64,000 nucleotides of DNA from an uncultured Acidobacteriota bacterium. GTDB taxonomy: Bacteria > Acidobacteriota > Thermoanaerobaculia > Multivoradales > UBA5704. Every line of letters starts with the position of its first letter. The stretch's first letter is position 1. A program made the translations under genes and the position numbers. This document shows positions 9,185-19,188 of this stretch, one piece after another. The notes beneath the pieces were generated by a model, which did not search any database, was not told where the DNA came from, and saw nothing but the letters and a program-made list of their open reading frames with translations. The stretch spans positions 279,308 to 343,307 of the forward strand of contig CAWHUF010000014.1 in NCBI GenBank assembly GCA_963832495.1, given 5' to 3'.

Positions 9185-12100
9185 ATGGAAAAACGCATGG
9201 AAGAAACCAAGCCGATTCAAGATCTATGGTTGTCACTGGCGGACGTTCTACCCGAGGGCTGGCGGAGCGGTGGCGCCGCTGTCATACTTGAAGATTTGTC
9301 CTTTGTTGACGCTCTATTATCTTCGGAGGGAGATGATAGATTTACCCTTGCAATAACAATTGGATCGGATACCCCGCTCGATCTGGAGATCCCCGGACTA
9401 CCAGATCTCGGGATAACGGTCGGCGAATTCGACAACTTCGGTTATACGCTAGAGTTGGAGTACGCGGCGGGCGTTTTGTCTGCCAGTGTCGTTGACGTAC
9501 CTATCACCATCTATTTGCCTGACTCATTTCTTCGGCCGGTGGATGATGAAGACGGACTCGGCTTGATCGGTCAGGGAGTTTTTCGGATTTCCTCTCGCGG
9601 GGAGATTCAGATTCAACTCGTCGATGGCCTCAATTTGCCGTCTTGTTATCTGGGTGATTCAGGTATTATAATTTCGGCTTCGAACCTCGACGTAGATTTG
9701 TCCGTCGTCAGTAGTCCTCCGGAGGTGCTGGCGGCGGGCTTTGACGAATCCTTCATCGGCTTGTACTTCCAAGAAGTACGCATTACGCTACCGGCAGGTT
9801 TTCCGAGTCTTGCCCCGGAAGACCTCGTTCTGAAGAAATGTGTCATTGGATCGGGTGGTGTGAGCGGAGAACTCGATCTCACGTATACCCCGAAGTATGA
9901 TGCAGCGTCTAAAACGTTCAGCGGGCCAGGTGCCGGAGATCTGTTCGGGATTTCGTTTGGCCTCGAGCATGTACAGGTCATGCTTCGAAAGAATGCGCTG
10001 ACGAAGTCGAGCTTTATAGGGAAACTGTTGCTTCCGTTCTTTGAAGAGCCCGTAGAAGTTGATGTCGGCTTCGATCTCGATGGCAATGTGACCGTAGAAA
10101 TTACTGGCAGCGGCGCGGGAGGGTTGAAGACCATTACGAAGCCAAACGTAATGAGTATAGAGCTAGACTCCATCGGTGCGGAGTTGGATGATGGCCTCTT
10201 TGCGGTCAAAATCGCCGGTAAGCTCACCCCTCTTTTCGGCGGCCTAGATTGGCCTACCTTCGACGTCAAGGAGCTGTCGATCGACTCCAAGGGCCACGTC
10301 CACCTGGACGGCGGCTGGTTAAATGTCCCCGAGCAGAAGACTCTCGACTTTTACGGCTTCAAGATCGAAATCTCCCAGCTCGGCTTCGGCAAGAACGACG
10401 ATGGCAGCAAGTGGATCGGATTCTCGGGCGGCTTGAAACTCGTCGAGGGCCTCCAAGCCGGGGCGTCGGTCGAGGGGCTACAGATCACTTGGCGCGAGGA
10501 TGGGAGCCTTCCCAGGATCACCCTGAACGGTGCTGGCGTCGAGCTTTCGATTCCTGGAGTCCTCCACCTCAAGGGAGAGGTCTCCTACAAGGAGCTCGAG
10601 ATCGACGGGGAGACGATCCGCCGCTTCGACGGCGGCATCCATCTCTCCTTGGAGACCCCGGAGCTCGAGATTGACGGCACCTTGGTCATCGGCTCGGTCA
10701 AGGGGCCGCAGGGCCGGTACAACTTCTTCGCCATCTACGTCGACGTCGATCTGCCCACCGGCATCCCGCTCGCCAGCACAGGGCTCGGGATCTACGCCTT
10801 CGCCGGTCTCTTCGCGCTTCAGATGGAGCCCAACAAGCGCCCGGACGAGATGTGGTTCAGCATCGATCACTCGAAGAGCTTCTACCACCGCGACACTCCG
10901 GGCATCACCGATCTCAAGAAAAAGTGGGATCCGAGAAAAGGGAGCTTCGCTGTCGGCGCGGGGATCACTCTCGCCACGCTCTCGGACAATGGCACCACCT
11001 TCAATGGCCAATTCCTGCTCGCCCTCGTCACCCCGGGGCCGATCGCGCTCATTCAGGGGGCCGCCTCGTTCCTGAAGAAGCGGGCGGACGGGAAGGACGA
11101 GGGGCAGTTCCGCGCTCTCACCGTGATCGATGGCCGGGCGGGCAGCATTTTGATCGGCATCGACGCCGAGTACAAGACCGGCAGGGGCGGAGAGATGATC
11201 GAGATCGGCGGCAGCATGGAGGCGTTCTATGCCTTCCATGATCCCACCGCCTGGCGCCTCTACCTGGGGAAGAACGAGCCGCGCGAGTTGCGCATCCGGG
11301 CCCTCCTCGGCCGCTTCGTCGAGGCCAACGCCTACTTCATGCTGGACGCCCACCAACTCGCCCTGGGCGCCTGGTTCGGCTACAACAACGGCTGGAGCTT
11401 CGGTCCCTTGAGCATCCGGCTGGAGGCCTGGGCGGACGGCAACGCGCTCCTCAGCTTCAAGCCCAGCCATTTCCATGGCGATCTCTGGCTCCATGCCCTG
11501 GTGGAGCTCAAGGTCTTCGGGCTCGGGTTGGGCCTCTCCTTGGACGCCAAGATCGCGGCCGACCTGTTCAGGCCCTATCACCTGCGCGGCGAGTTCAGCG
11601 TCGGGATCAAGCTCCCCTGGCCGTTCAAGAAGAAGATCGGGGCCACGGTGGTGCTGGAGTGGGGGCCGCGGCCGGACGCTCCGCCGTTGCCCCTGCCGGT
11701 GGCGGACGTCGCGGTCGAGCACCGCAAGAGTACGGTGGTTTGGCCGCTGAACCGGGGCAGGTACCTGCTGCCGAGCTACGACGACGGCGGTGGCTTCCTT
11801 GCCCAGAGTGGACCCCATCTCCAGCCCGATCTGTCGAAGCTGCCGCGGGTGCCGGTGGACGGCCGGATCTCGGTCACCTTCGGCCGCTCGGTCCACGACG
11901 TGTCGATGGTGGGGAGCAACGTGCAGCCGGTCGATCCTACGAAGGAGCGGATCGGCAACCCTGGCGGCCCGGCGGTGGTGGAGGTCAAGTACTCCCTGAC
12001 GCGCACCGCCCTGGAGAGTTGGGACGGTCAGGGGTGGCAGACCGTAGCGGCCAGCCCGAAGACGGGGATCACGCCATCCCTATATGGAATGTGGGTGCCG

Positions 12101-15100
12101 GCACCTCAGCTCCCGGCAGGGAACGCCAATCCCCCGAAGCCGGCCCAGACCAAGCTGCTGCTGTGGTCCAAGAATCCGTTCGACTTCATACGTCGTACAG
12201 GCTCATCGTGGGAGGAGTGGGTGACGGACGGGATGCCGGACTACCCTTGCATTCCGCCGCTTCCGGCCCAGGAGATCTGTTTCGATTTCGCGGACCTGGC
12301 TCCGGGCACGGTCATCCAGTCCCCCTGGATCCATCCCGGACCTCCCGTGTTCACCCTGTCCTGGGGGTTCGGCCCGGCGACGGTGCAGGAGCGCCTCGTG
12401 CCGGTCCCCGGGGCTGTGCGGAAGGTGAAAACCCTCTGCTTCCCCGTGGCCGCGGCCCGGAATGGAGTGCAGATCCATTCGGACCAGCCAGGCCGGTCGT
12501 TCCGTATCGTCCTGGCCCAGGGGGAAGTTGCGCAGCCGGTCCCTACTGCTTCCGGGGTCGCGGTGGCACCTATTTTCACGACTATCGACGATATTCCTGT
12601 GTGTATTGACTTCCGGAGGTGGACGGTCGGCACGCAGGTAAACCCGTGGGTGGAGGAGGGCGTTCGCTTCGAGGTCCGCGGAGCAGATGGCGGGCTCCTG
12701 CCCGTGGCCCGGGTCGAGCGGTGGGGCTCGGGTCTTCCGGGCCTGGGCGCCGGCTTCCGGCTCGACGTTGCCCTGCCTTGCCCCTCCCCATGGGTGGAGT
12801 TGGTAGTCACCCATCGTCCCCCCTTCCGGATCGTGGCCTTTGACGCCAAGGGCGTGGCAGTGGCCACCCATGCACCAGGAGGAACGAGCGGTGAGGTGAC
12901 TGAAACAATCCGCTTGGAGGGGCCGGCCATCACCCGGGTTGAGGTGCACGCGGCGGGCAACGAGAAGCTGGTCCACCGGGTCTGTTACACCTGTCCACGG
13001 CCGAAGGTGCCCTGGGCCACCGGCTTGGGTGCAGATGGTGAGGTCTTCGGACCGTTCTTCCCGGTCGGTGGCGATATTGAGATCCCGGGGGAGGACATGC
13101 CCGAGGTGGTGGTGACGAACGACGGGCCTCTTTGTCTGGAGCGGATCTGCGTCACACCGGACCCGGAGACCGGCCAGGAGGTGCGGCGGAAGGAGGCGAT
13201 CGAGCACATCCGTGAGGAGTTGGCCCGCTGGCGGCAGGAAGGGGCGGTGCTGGCCCCCCACACGGCTTACAGGCTGGTGATCGAGACCTCCGTCGCGCCC
13301 CAGGCCTTGGTGAGCCTGAACAACTTCCCTCCATCGAGCCTTGACCTCACGCCGGTCGAGTACGCCTACTTCCGGACCTCCGGCCCGCCCGGGCTGGGGG
13401 TTCTCGATCCACCGGAAGGCCTGTCGCCATCCACGGTCTTCTCGACCGGGCTCGACGACCTCACCCGGTATGTGCGGGAGACGACGCCGCCCACGGTGCC
13501 GCCGCCGGGAGAAAAACCGATTCTCTTCAAGCCGTTCTATCGTGCCTATGACATCGGGGTGGAATTCAACGAGGACTACGTCGAGCAGATGTACCGCATG
13601 GACCGGCGGGACCTCGGGCTCTATCTCTACGACAACAACAACCAGCCGGTTCGAGATGCGGAGGGGCGGCTCCTGGTCCTCGGCAACCGGTGGGGGAGGG
13701 CGGAGACGCTCAGCCTCTCCGAACGGGACACCCGCTGGGTCACGCTGATCGACGCCGCCACCTGCCTGCCGAAGAAGCTCGATCCCAAGACCTTCCCGCG
13801 CGACAGCACGCTGGTGTCTTCGGAGCCGGGCCGGGTTCTCGCCGCGGACACTCTCTACGAGCCGCGCCTGGTCCCCATGCTTCTTCACGAGGCCTTCTCA
13901 GGTTCTTCCCTGGGCGCTGTTCCTCCCGGCTGGTATCGAGAGGACTCGGGGCCGGGCGGGCCGTCGGACTGGAAGGTGGGGGAGGCGGGGGAGCCTCCGA
14001 GCCGGTTCGTGGAGCAGCTCTCGACGATCGGCGGCGCCGGGCCGGATCGGCCGGGCACGCTGCTGCTCCTGGCCGAGTCCTCGGCTTGGACGGACTACCG
14101 GGTGAGCGTCTACGTCGGCTCGGCGGCGGGCGGGGCCGTGGGCGTGGTGGTGCGCCACCAGGGGCCGGGCACGGGCTACCGGTTCTCCCTCGATGGCCGG
14201 GTCCGGCGGCTGGTCAAGGGGGATGCCACTCTCCTGGGTGAGGATCATTTCGCGTACCGGAGGAACCGGGACTATCTCGTGACGTTCGAAGCCCTGGGCT
14301 CCTCGCTCAAGGTCTATCTGGACGGCGAGCCCGTGTTCGAGGTGACGGACGAGGACTTCAAGACCGGCCGGATCGGCCTCTACGTGTGCCAGAGCCCGGG
14401 CGCGCGGTTCAGCGACGTGCGGGTGGACGACTTCCGCGCCGAGGCGCCGGTGGTCTACCGGTTCCAGCTCACCACGTCCCTGTTCGCCAACTTCTTCCAT
14501 CACCTCCACAGCTTCCAGGACGAGACCTGGCGGGCCGAGCTCGAGGAAGATCCCGGGGGCCTGCTGAAGGAAGCGGTGGAGCTTTCGCTCTCGCCTCCCG
14601 ACGAGAAGGAGGCTCGGGCTTACGAGGCGCTGGCGAAGAGCGCACTGCAATCCGCTGCGCTCCAGAACCCGCGGCAGGTGGAGGTCACCCGCCTGGAGTG
14701 GGAGAGCCAGCCCGTGGCCTTCCTGCTGCGTAGCCCCGAGCCCCTGGCCTGGGACCGCGTCTCCATGGCCTTCTTTATCGGGCCTGTCCGCGACCTGCCC
14801 GCGGAGCCGCCCGGCGCGGTGAAGCTCGTGGAGGCGTCCTTCGGGACCCTGCCGGGCGACGAGTCCGTCACGCTGCTTCTGCGCGAGGCGGTGGACCTCT
14901 CCCGGTGGCGGATCGAGCTGCGCCTCCCTTCCGGTCCCCTGCCGGAGCCGGAGGGGGATCCCGTGATGCTCCTCGAGAGGTTCCAAGGCGATCCCCAGGC
15001 TGTGCTGGACCGCTTCACCGTGGCCGATATGGGAACGGAGAACGGTCCCTCCGACTGGCGAGTCGAGGGCGGAGCGCTGATCCAGGTCTCGGAGATCCAC

Positions 15101-16555
15101 GGCGGCGCCGAGCCGGAGCTGCCGGGTACGGTGGCGGTGACGGGCGATGCGGACTGGACGGACTACCGGCTCGCCGTGGACCTGCGGTCGGACTCGGGCA
15201 GCGGCCTGGGGATCGTGTTCCGCTGGGTAGACGGCGACAATCACTACCGTCTCTCCCTCGACGCCGGGCTCAAGTACCGGCGGCTGGTCAAGCGCGAGAA
15301 GGGGGTGGTCTCCATCCTCTGGGAGGAGGAGAAGGGGTACGCGGCGGGCGAGCCGCTCCGGCTGACGGTCGAGGCCGTGGGCTCCCGGCTGACGGGCTTT
15401 CTGGGAAGCGACCGGCTGTTCGAGGTCACAGACGCCGCCCACGCCGCCGGCCGGGTAGGGCTGTACGCCTCCGGCAATCCGGACGCCCGCTTCGAGAAGA
15501 TCGAGGTGCGCCAGCCGTCCCTCGACGTCTATGCCCTGGTCCGCGACCGGTTCGCCGCGGGGGACCTTACCGGCTGGCTGCGGACCGACGAGGCCGCGGC
15601 GCCGCAGCCTTCGACCCTGGAGGCCGTTGGCGGAGCGTTGATCCTGCGCAGCTTCGTCCAGGAAGAGGACGGCGGGACCTTCCCCGGCAGCTACGCCTTC
15701 ATCGGTCCGCCGTTCAAGGACGCCGTCTGCAGCGCCAGACTGCTGTGCCATTTCGGCGGGGCGATCGGGATGGTCGTCCGCGGCCAGGATTTGAACAACT
15801 ACTACCGCTTCTCCATGGACGCCCAGAGGGGCTACCGGCGGCTGGTCAAGAAGGTGAAGGGCCAGACCACCGTGCTCTGGGAGGACGGCGTCGCCTACAC
15901 GCCGGGCCAGGTCTACGAGCTGACCGTGGCGGCCGTGGGCACCTCGCTCCGGGGCTATCTCGACGGCATTCCCTTGTTTTCCGTGGAGGATGGGGACGTC
16001 TCCGCCGGCGTCATCGCCCTCTATGCCTGGAACAATCCTGAGGCCTTATTCTCCCAGGTGCGGGTCTTCCCTGCGGACCGCGCCGTCGAATCCTCTCCGG
16101 AGCCGCGGTGGACGACCTGGTACGCCTTCGGTGGCGAGGAACGGCTGCCGGCGGGCACCCGGCTCCGGATCTCCGCCGGACCCGAGGCGGGAGCGCCCCC
16201 TGCGGAGCCAGGGACCGAGCGCCGCTTCGCCGCTCCCCTGGGAGAGACGGGCCGCGCGCGTTTCCCCGCCACGGAAGCGGAGTTGCGGGTGGTGGGGCCG
16301 GAAGGGCCCGGGCATACCCGGACCCTCCTGCCCTATTCGGACTATGTGATCCTGCCTCCGCCCCGGGTGTTGCGCCGGGCAGATGGCACCGGGCTCGTGG
16401 TGGTCCCCTCTGGCGGCTCGCCTCTGGGGGAGGCGTGGTACCAGTTGAGCTTCACCTACGACCGGAAGAGGGGGGAGGAGGTCCATCCCTTCAGCCAGGC
16501 AGGAGACCAGAACCCGGAGAGGGTCACAATCGACATCCCCTGGAAGGCGCGCTAG
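9185..16555 (+). CDS. giant hypothetical protein (2456 aa) with three tandem LamG/DUF1080-like (concanavalin-like jelly-roll) modules near the C-terminus
   Basis: A single 7.4-kb ORF. It has three ~190-aa repeats sharing WTDYR / GxG(V/I)V(V/F)R ... YR(F/L)S(L/M)D ... RRLVK ... LxGED ... Y ... VxxxGxxLxxYLDG ... F ... D ... GR(I/V)GLY ... RF..V(R/E)V. An unrecognised N-terminal ~1500 aa precedes them. There is no signal peptide. It ends 12 nt before the histidine kinase gene. Confidence 0.65.
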   Translation: MEKRMEETKPIQDLWLSLADVLPEGWRSGGAAVILEDLSFVDALLSSEGDDRFTLAITIGSDTPLDLEIPGLPDLGITVGEFDNFGYTLELEYAAGVLSASVVDVPITIYLPDSFLRPVDDEDGLGLIGQGVFRISSRGEIQIQLVDGLNLPSCYLGDSGIIISASNLDVDLSVVSSPPEVLAAGFDESFIGLYFQEVRITLPAGFPSLAPEDLVLKKCVIGSGGVSGELDLTYTPKYDAASKTFSGPGAGDLFGISFGLEHVQVMLRKNALTKSSFIGKLLLPFFEEPVEVDVGFDLDGNVTVEITGSGAGGLKTITKPNVMSIELDSIGAELDDGLFAVKIAGKLTPLFGGLDWPTFDVKELSIDSKGHVHLDGGWLNVPEQKTLDFYGFKIEISQLGFGKNDDGSKWIGFSGGLKLVEGLQAGASVEGLQITWREDGSLPRITLNGAGVELSIPGVLHLKGEVSYKELEIDGETIRRFDGGIHLSLETPELEIDGTLVIGSVKGPQGRYNFFAIYVDVDLPTGIPLASTGLGIYAFAGLFALQMEPNKRPDEMWFSIDHSKSFYHRDTPGITDLKKKWDPRKGSFAVGAGITLATLSDNGTTFNGQFLLALVTPGPIALIQGAASFLKKRADGKDEGQFRALTVIDGRAGSILIGIDAEYKTGRGGEMIEIGGSMEAFYAFHDPTAWRLYLGKNEPRELRIRALLGRFVEANAYFMLDAHQLALGAWFGYNNGWSFGPLSIRLEAWADGNALLSFKPSHFHGDLWLHALVELKVFGLGLGLSLDAKIAADLFRPYHLRGEFSVGIKLPWPFKKKIGATVVLEWGPRPDAPPLPLPVADVAVEHRKSTVVWPLNRGRYLLPSYDDGGGFLAQSGPHLQPDLSKLPRVPVDGRISVTFGRSVHDVSMVGSNVQPVDPTKERIGNPGGPAVVEVKYSLTRTALESWDGQGWQTVAASPKTGITPSLYGMWVPAPQLPAGNANPPKPAQTKLLLWSKNPFDFIRRTGSSWEEWVTDGMPDYPCIPPLPAQEICFDFADLAPGTVIQSPWIHPGPPVFTLSWGFGPATVQERLVPVPGAVRKVKTLCFPVAAARNGVQIHSDQPGRSFRIVLAQGEVAQPVPTASGVAVAPIFTTIDDIPVCIDFRRWTVGTQVNPWVEEGVRFEVRGADGGLLPVARVERWGSGLPGLGAGFRLDVALPCPSPWVELVVTHRPPFRIVAFDAKGVAVATHAPGGTSGEVTETIRLEGPAITRVEVHAAGNEKLVHRVCYTCPRPKVPWATGLGADGEVFGPFFPVGGDIEIPGEDMPEVVVTNDGPLCLERICVTPDPETGQEVRRKEAIEHIREELARWRQEGAVLAPHTAYRLVIETSVAPQALVSLNNFPPSSLDLTPVEYAYFRTSGPPGLGVLDPPEGLSPSTVFSTGLDDLTRYVRETTPPTVPPPGEKPILFKPFYRAYDIGVEFNEDYVEQMYRMDRRDLGLYLYDNNNQPVRDAEGRLLVLGNRWGRAETLSLSERDTRWVTLIDAATCLPKKLDPKTFPRDSTLVSSEPGRVLAADTLYEPRLVPMLLHEAFSGSSLGAVPPGWYREDSGPGGPSDWKVGEAGEPPSRFVEQLSTIGGAGPDRPGTLLLLAESSAWTDYRVSVYVGSAAGGAVGVVVRHQGPGTGYRFSLDGRVRRLVKGDATLLGEDHFAYRRNRDYLVTFEALGSSLKVYLDGEPVFEVTDEDFKTGRIGLYVCQSPGARFSDVRVDDFRAEAPVVYRFQLTTSLFANFFHHLHSFQDETWRAELEEDPGGLLKEAVELSLSPPDEKEARAYEALAKSALQSAALQNPRQVEVTRLEWESQPVAFLLRSPEPLAWDRVSMAFFIGPVRDLPAEPPGAVKLVEASFGTLPGDESVTLLLREAVDLSRWRIELRLPSGPLPEPEGDPVMLLERFQGDPQAVLDRFTVADMGTENGPSDWRVEGGALIQVSEIHGGAEPELPGTVAVTGDADWTDYRLAVDLRSDSGSGLGIVFRWVDGDNHYRLSLDAGLKYRRLVKREKGVVSILWEEEKGYAAGEPLRLTVEAVGSRLTGFLGSDRLFEVTDAAHAAGRVGLYASGNPDARFEKIEVRQPSLDVYALVRDRFAAGDLTGWLRTDEAAAPQPSTLEAVGGALILRSFVQEEDGGTFPGSYAFIGPPFKDAVCSARLLCHFGGAIGMVVRGQDLNNYYRFSMDAQRGYRRLVKKVKGQTTVLWEDGVAYTPGQVYELTVAAVGTSLRGYLDGIPLFSVEDGDVSAGVIALYAWNNPEALFSQVRVFPADRAVESSPEPRWTTWYAFGGEERLPAGTRLRISAGPEAGAPPAEPGTERRFAAPLGETGRARFPATEAELRVVGPEGPGHTRTLLPYSDYVILPPPRVLRRADGTGLVVVPSGGSPLGEAWYQLSFTYDRKRGEEVHPFSQAGDQNPERVTIDIPWKAR

Positions 16556-16567
16556 CCTTCCCGGCGG

Positions 16568-17881
16568 ATGAAACCCCTCCGTCTCGCCACCCGCGTCCGC
16601 CTGGCCTTCGTCGCGGCCCTGGTGCCCGTGATCGGCTTCGCCATGGCGGCGGCGTACTGGTTCCCATCCCCCTGGACCGTCTTCGCCGCCGCCGTCTGTT
16701 TCGGCCTGCCGGCGGGATGGTGGATCCTCGACCGGGTCCTCCTCCCCGCGACCCGGGTCCTCCAGGCCCTGCGCGACGGCGTCCAGGGCTACCGCGACCA
16801 CGATTTCAGCCTGAACCTGGCGGTCGACCGCAAGGACGAGCTGGGAGATCTTGTGGACCTCTACAACAACGTAGGCGACGTGCTGCGGGAGGAGAGGAAC
16901 GCCATCCTCCAGCGCGAGATGCTGCTCGAGACGGTCTTCGAAGCGACCCCCATGGCGATCGTCCTCACCAACGAGCGTGACCGCGTGATCTTCGCCAACC
17001 GCACGGCGCGCGAGGTCTTCTTCACCCGGGGGCGGCTCGAAGGGCGGGTGTTCGGCCAGCTCCTGGAGGAATGCCCCGACGGGCTGCGCGAGGCGCTCTC
17101 CGGCGGGCGCGACGCGCTGTTCTCCCTGGAGAGCGGGGGCGAGGAGGAGGTCTACCACGTGTCCCGCCGGACCTTCGAGCTCAACAGCCGGCGGCACGAC
17201 CTGACGCTCATCAAGCGGCTCACCCCGGAGCTGCGGCGCCAGGAGGTGGACGTCTGGAAGCGGGCCATCCGCACCCTCTCGCACGAGATCAACAACTCGC
17301 TCGCCCCCATCGCCTCGCTCGCCCGCTCCGTGCGCGTCATGGCCGAGAACCCCGAGCACCGCGGCCGTATCGGCTCGGCCCTCGACGTCATCGAGGAGCG
17401 CTCCACTCATTTGAAAGATTTTTTGGAAGGCTATGCCCGTTTCGCCCGCCTCCCTCAGCCCAACAAGCGAGAGGTGGAATGGAAAGGTTTTCTCACGGAG
17501 CTCCAACAGGTCGTCCCCTTCGAGTTGGAAGGAGAGCCGCCCTCCGCTCCAGGATGTTTCGACCCGGCCCAGATGCAGCAGGCCCTGATCAATCTCCTGA
17601 AGAACGCCCATGAGTCCGGGAGCCCGCCCGGGGAGGTGAAACTGGCCGTGGACGCCCTGGGCGACGGTGGCGTCCGCTTCCGTATTCTGGACCGTGGAGC
17701 CGGCATGACCGAGGAGGTGATGAGGAAAGCGCTCCTGCCGTTCTACACCTCGAAGCCGGGCGGCTCCGGGCTGGGCCTGCCGCTCTGCCGGGAGATCGTC
17801 GAGGCCCACGGCGGCCGGCTGCGCATCGAGCGCCGGGAGGGCGGAGGGACGGCAGTGGTGTGCTGGGTGCCGGGGAGGTGA
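16568..17881 (+). CDS. sensor histidine kinase, NtrB-like (2 TM, PAS-like, HisKA, HATPase_c)
   Basis: TM helices (LAFVAALVPVIGFAMAAAYWF ; VFAAAVCFGLPAGWWIL) are followed by the H-box LSHEINNSLAPI and an ATPase region (INLLKNAHES ... DRGAGMT ... GGSGLGL). It is the likely partner of the sigma-54 regulator at 2139. Confidence 0.8.
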   Translation: MKPLRLATRVRLAFVAALVPVIGFAMAAAYWFPSPWTVFAAAVCFGLPAGWWILDRVLLPATRVLQALRDGVQGYRDHDFSLNLAVDRKDELGDLVDLYNNVGDVLREERNAILQREMLLETVFEATPMAIVLTNERDRVIFANRTAREVFFTRGRLEGRVFGQLLEECPDGLREALSGGRDALFSLESGGEEEVYHVSRRTFELNSRRHDLTLIKRLTPELRRQEVDVWKRAIRTLSHEINNSLAPIASLARSVRVMAENPEHRGRIGSALDVIEERSTHLKDFLEGYARFARLPQPNKREVEWKGFLTELQQVVPFELEGEPPSAPGCFDPAQMQQALINLLKNAHESGSPPGEVKLAVDALGDGGVRFRILDRGAGMTEEVMRKALLPFYTSKPGGSGLGLPLCREIVEAHGGRLRIERREGGGTAVVCWVPGR

Positions 17882-17893
17882 CGAGGTGCGAAA

Positions 17894-17922
17894 GACCCGC
17901 CCCGCCGAAGCGGAGCGGGCTG
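17894..17922. terminator. GC-rich hairpin between convergent HK gene and paralogue 1
   Basis: The sequence gacCCGCCCCGCcgaaGCGGAGCGGGctg forms an imperfect 10-bp stem. Confidence 0.4.
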
Positions 17923-17943
17923 TCTCGCGTCAGATCTTGGGGA

Positions 17944-18273
17944 TCAAGGAATCGGCGGGCCGCAGTCAACTCGGCAGCCGTAGGTGGCCGAGCCGTCCAC
18001 CACCCACATGCTGCCCGACGCGTAGCAGGGGGGGAGGGTGAAGGCGCAGACCAGCGTAGCGCCGCCACAGTCAGCCTGAGCTTCGGGCAGTCTGGCCGCC
18101 CGGAACTGTGCCTGGGCGTCCGCGCACGTGGCCGCCATCTTCCAGTCAGGCGAGGTGCTGTAGCCACCGTCGTCGCAGCACAGGATGGCGTGGGCCGGTT
18201 CCGGCGTCGAGAACGCCGCGGTACAGGCGAGCACGGCGACCAACAGCACTCCCAACAGAGTCAACCTCTTCAT
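17944..18273 (-). CDS. small secreted cysteine-rich protein, paralogue 1 of 6 (Sec signal peptide + 8-Cys mature domain)
   Basis: It encodes MKRLTLLGVLLVAVLACTAAFSTPEPAHA|ILCCDDGGY ... C ... C ... C ... C ... C ... C. AAAGGAG lies 9 nt upstream. It shares a conserved 5' leader with the other paralogues. Confidence 0.8.
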   Translation of the reverse strand: MKRLTLLGVLLVAVLACTAAFSTPEPAHAILCCDDGGYSTSPDWKMAATCADAQAQFRAARLPEAQADCGGATLVCAFTLPPCYASGSMWVVDGSATYGCRVDCGPPIP

Positions 18274-18435
18274 AATCTCGTTCTCCTTTCGGAAAGGGAC
18301 TTCATACGCTACTCAATGTGCGTACCAGGGGTAAATGCGAGCCCTGCGGGCGTGATATCCTGGTCATCTTCGTTGGAGTGACGCATGAACCGGGAGGCCC
18401 ATCCCGGTAAGCGGTGGGCCTTCCGGGCCAGAGTG

Positions 18436-18786
18436 CTACGGGTAGATCGGTTCGCGCGGGCAGGACTCCTTGCAGCTGAACGTCATGGCCCCGCTCACGA
18501 TCCAAGGGTTGGCCGGGTCCTGCGCGTACCAATCGTAGCAAGGGGGGATGGTGATGGCGCAGACCAGAGTGGAGCCGCCGCAGAAGGCGTTGGCCTCCGG
18601 CCGTGCCAATGCACGGAACGAATTTTGGGCATCTAAGCAGGTGGGCCCGTGGGTCCAGTAAAGGCTGGTCGTATATCCACCGTTGTCGCAGCACATGACC
18701 GCGTGGAGGGGGGTGGGCTTCGAGAGGGCGGCGGTACAGGCGACGACGGCGACCAGCAGGGTCCCTAAAAGTGCAGCTCTCTTCAT
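18436..18786 (-). CDS. small secreted cysteine-rich protein, paralogue 2
   Basis: It encodes MKRAALLGTLLVAVVACTAALSKPTPLHA|VMCCDNGGYTTSLYW ... CGGSTLVCAITIPPCY ... SCKESCP. An AAAAAGGAG RBS is present. Confidence 0.8.
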   Translation of the reverse strand: MKRAALLGTLLVAVVACTAALSKPTPLHAVMCCDNGGYTTSLYWTHGPTCLDAQNSFRALARPEANAFCGGSTLVCAITIPPCYDWYAQDPANPWIVSGAMTFSCKESCPREPIYP

Positions 18787-18846
18787 TGCATTTCTCCTTT
18801 TTGAGACGTACTTCGTCCTACGACGGATCTCCCCGAGGCGTCAGAG

Positions 18847-19188
18847 TCATGGATAGATCGGGCACTGTTCCTTGCATCCGAACGTCATGACCCCGCTGGC
18901 CACCCAAGGGTTGGCTGGGTCTTCCCAACCCCAGTAGTAGCAAGCGGGGATGGTGATGGCGCAGACCAGAGTGGAACCGCCACAGAAGTCATTGGCCTCT
19001 GGCCGTGCCATGGTCCGGAATATTGTCTGGGCCTGCGCGCATGTGGGCGCCTTGACCCAGTACTGGCTGGTCTGATAGCCACCGTTGTCGCAGCACATGA
19101 TTGCGTGGGCCGGTTTCGGTGTCGAAACCGCGTAGCTACAGACGAGAACGGCCACCAGTAGAGCGCTCAGCAATGCAACTCTTTTCAT
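18847..19188 (-). CDS. small secreted cysteine-rich protein, paralogue 3
   Basis: I chose the internal start MKRVALLSALLVAVLVCSYAVSTPKPAHA|IMCCDNGGYQTSQYW ... , with an AAAAGGAGAG RBS. The longer track ORF (to 19392) is an N-terminal extension without support. Confidence 0.75.
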   Translation of the reverse strand: MKRVALLSALLVAVLVCSYAVSTPKPAHAIMCCDNGGYQTSQYWVKAPTCAQAQTIFRTMARPEANDFCGGSTLVCAITIPACYYWGWEDPANPWVASGVMTFGCKEQCPIYP

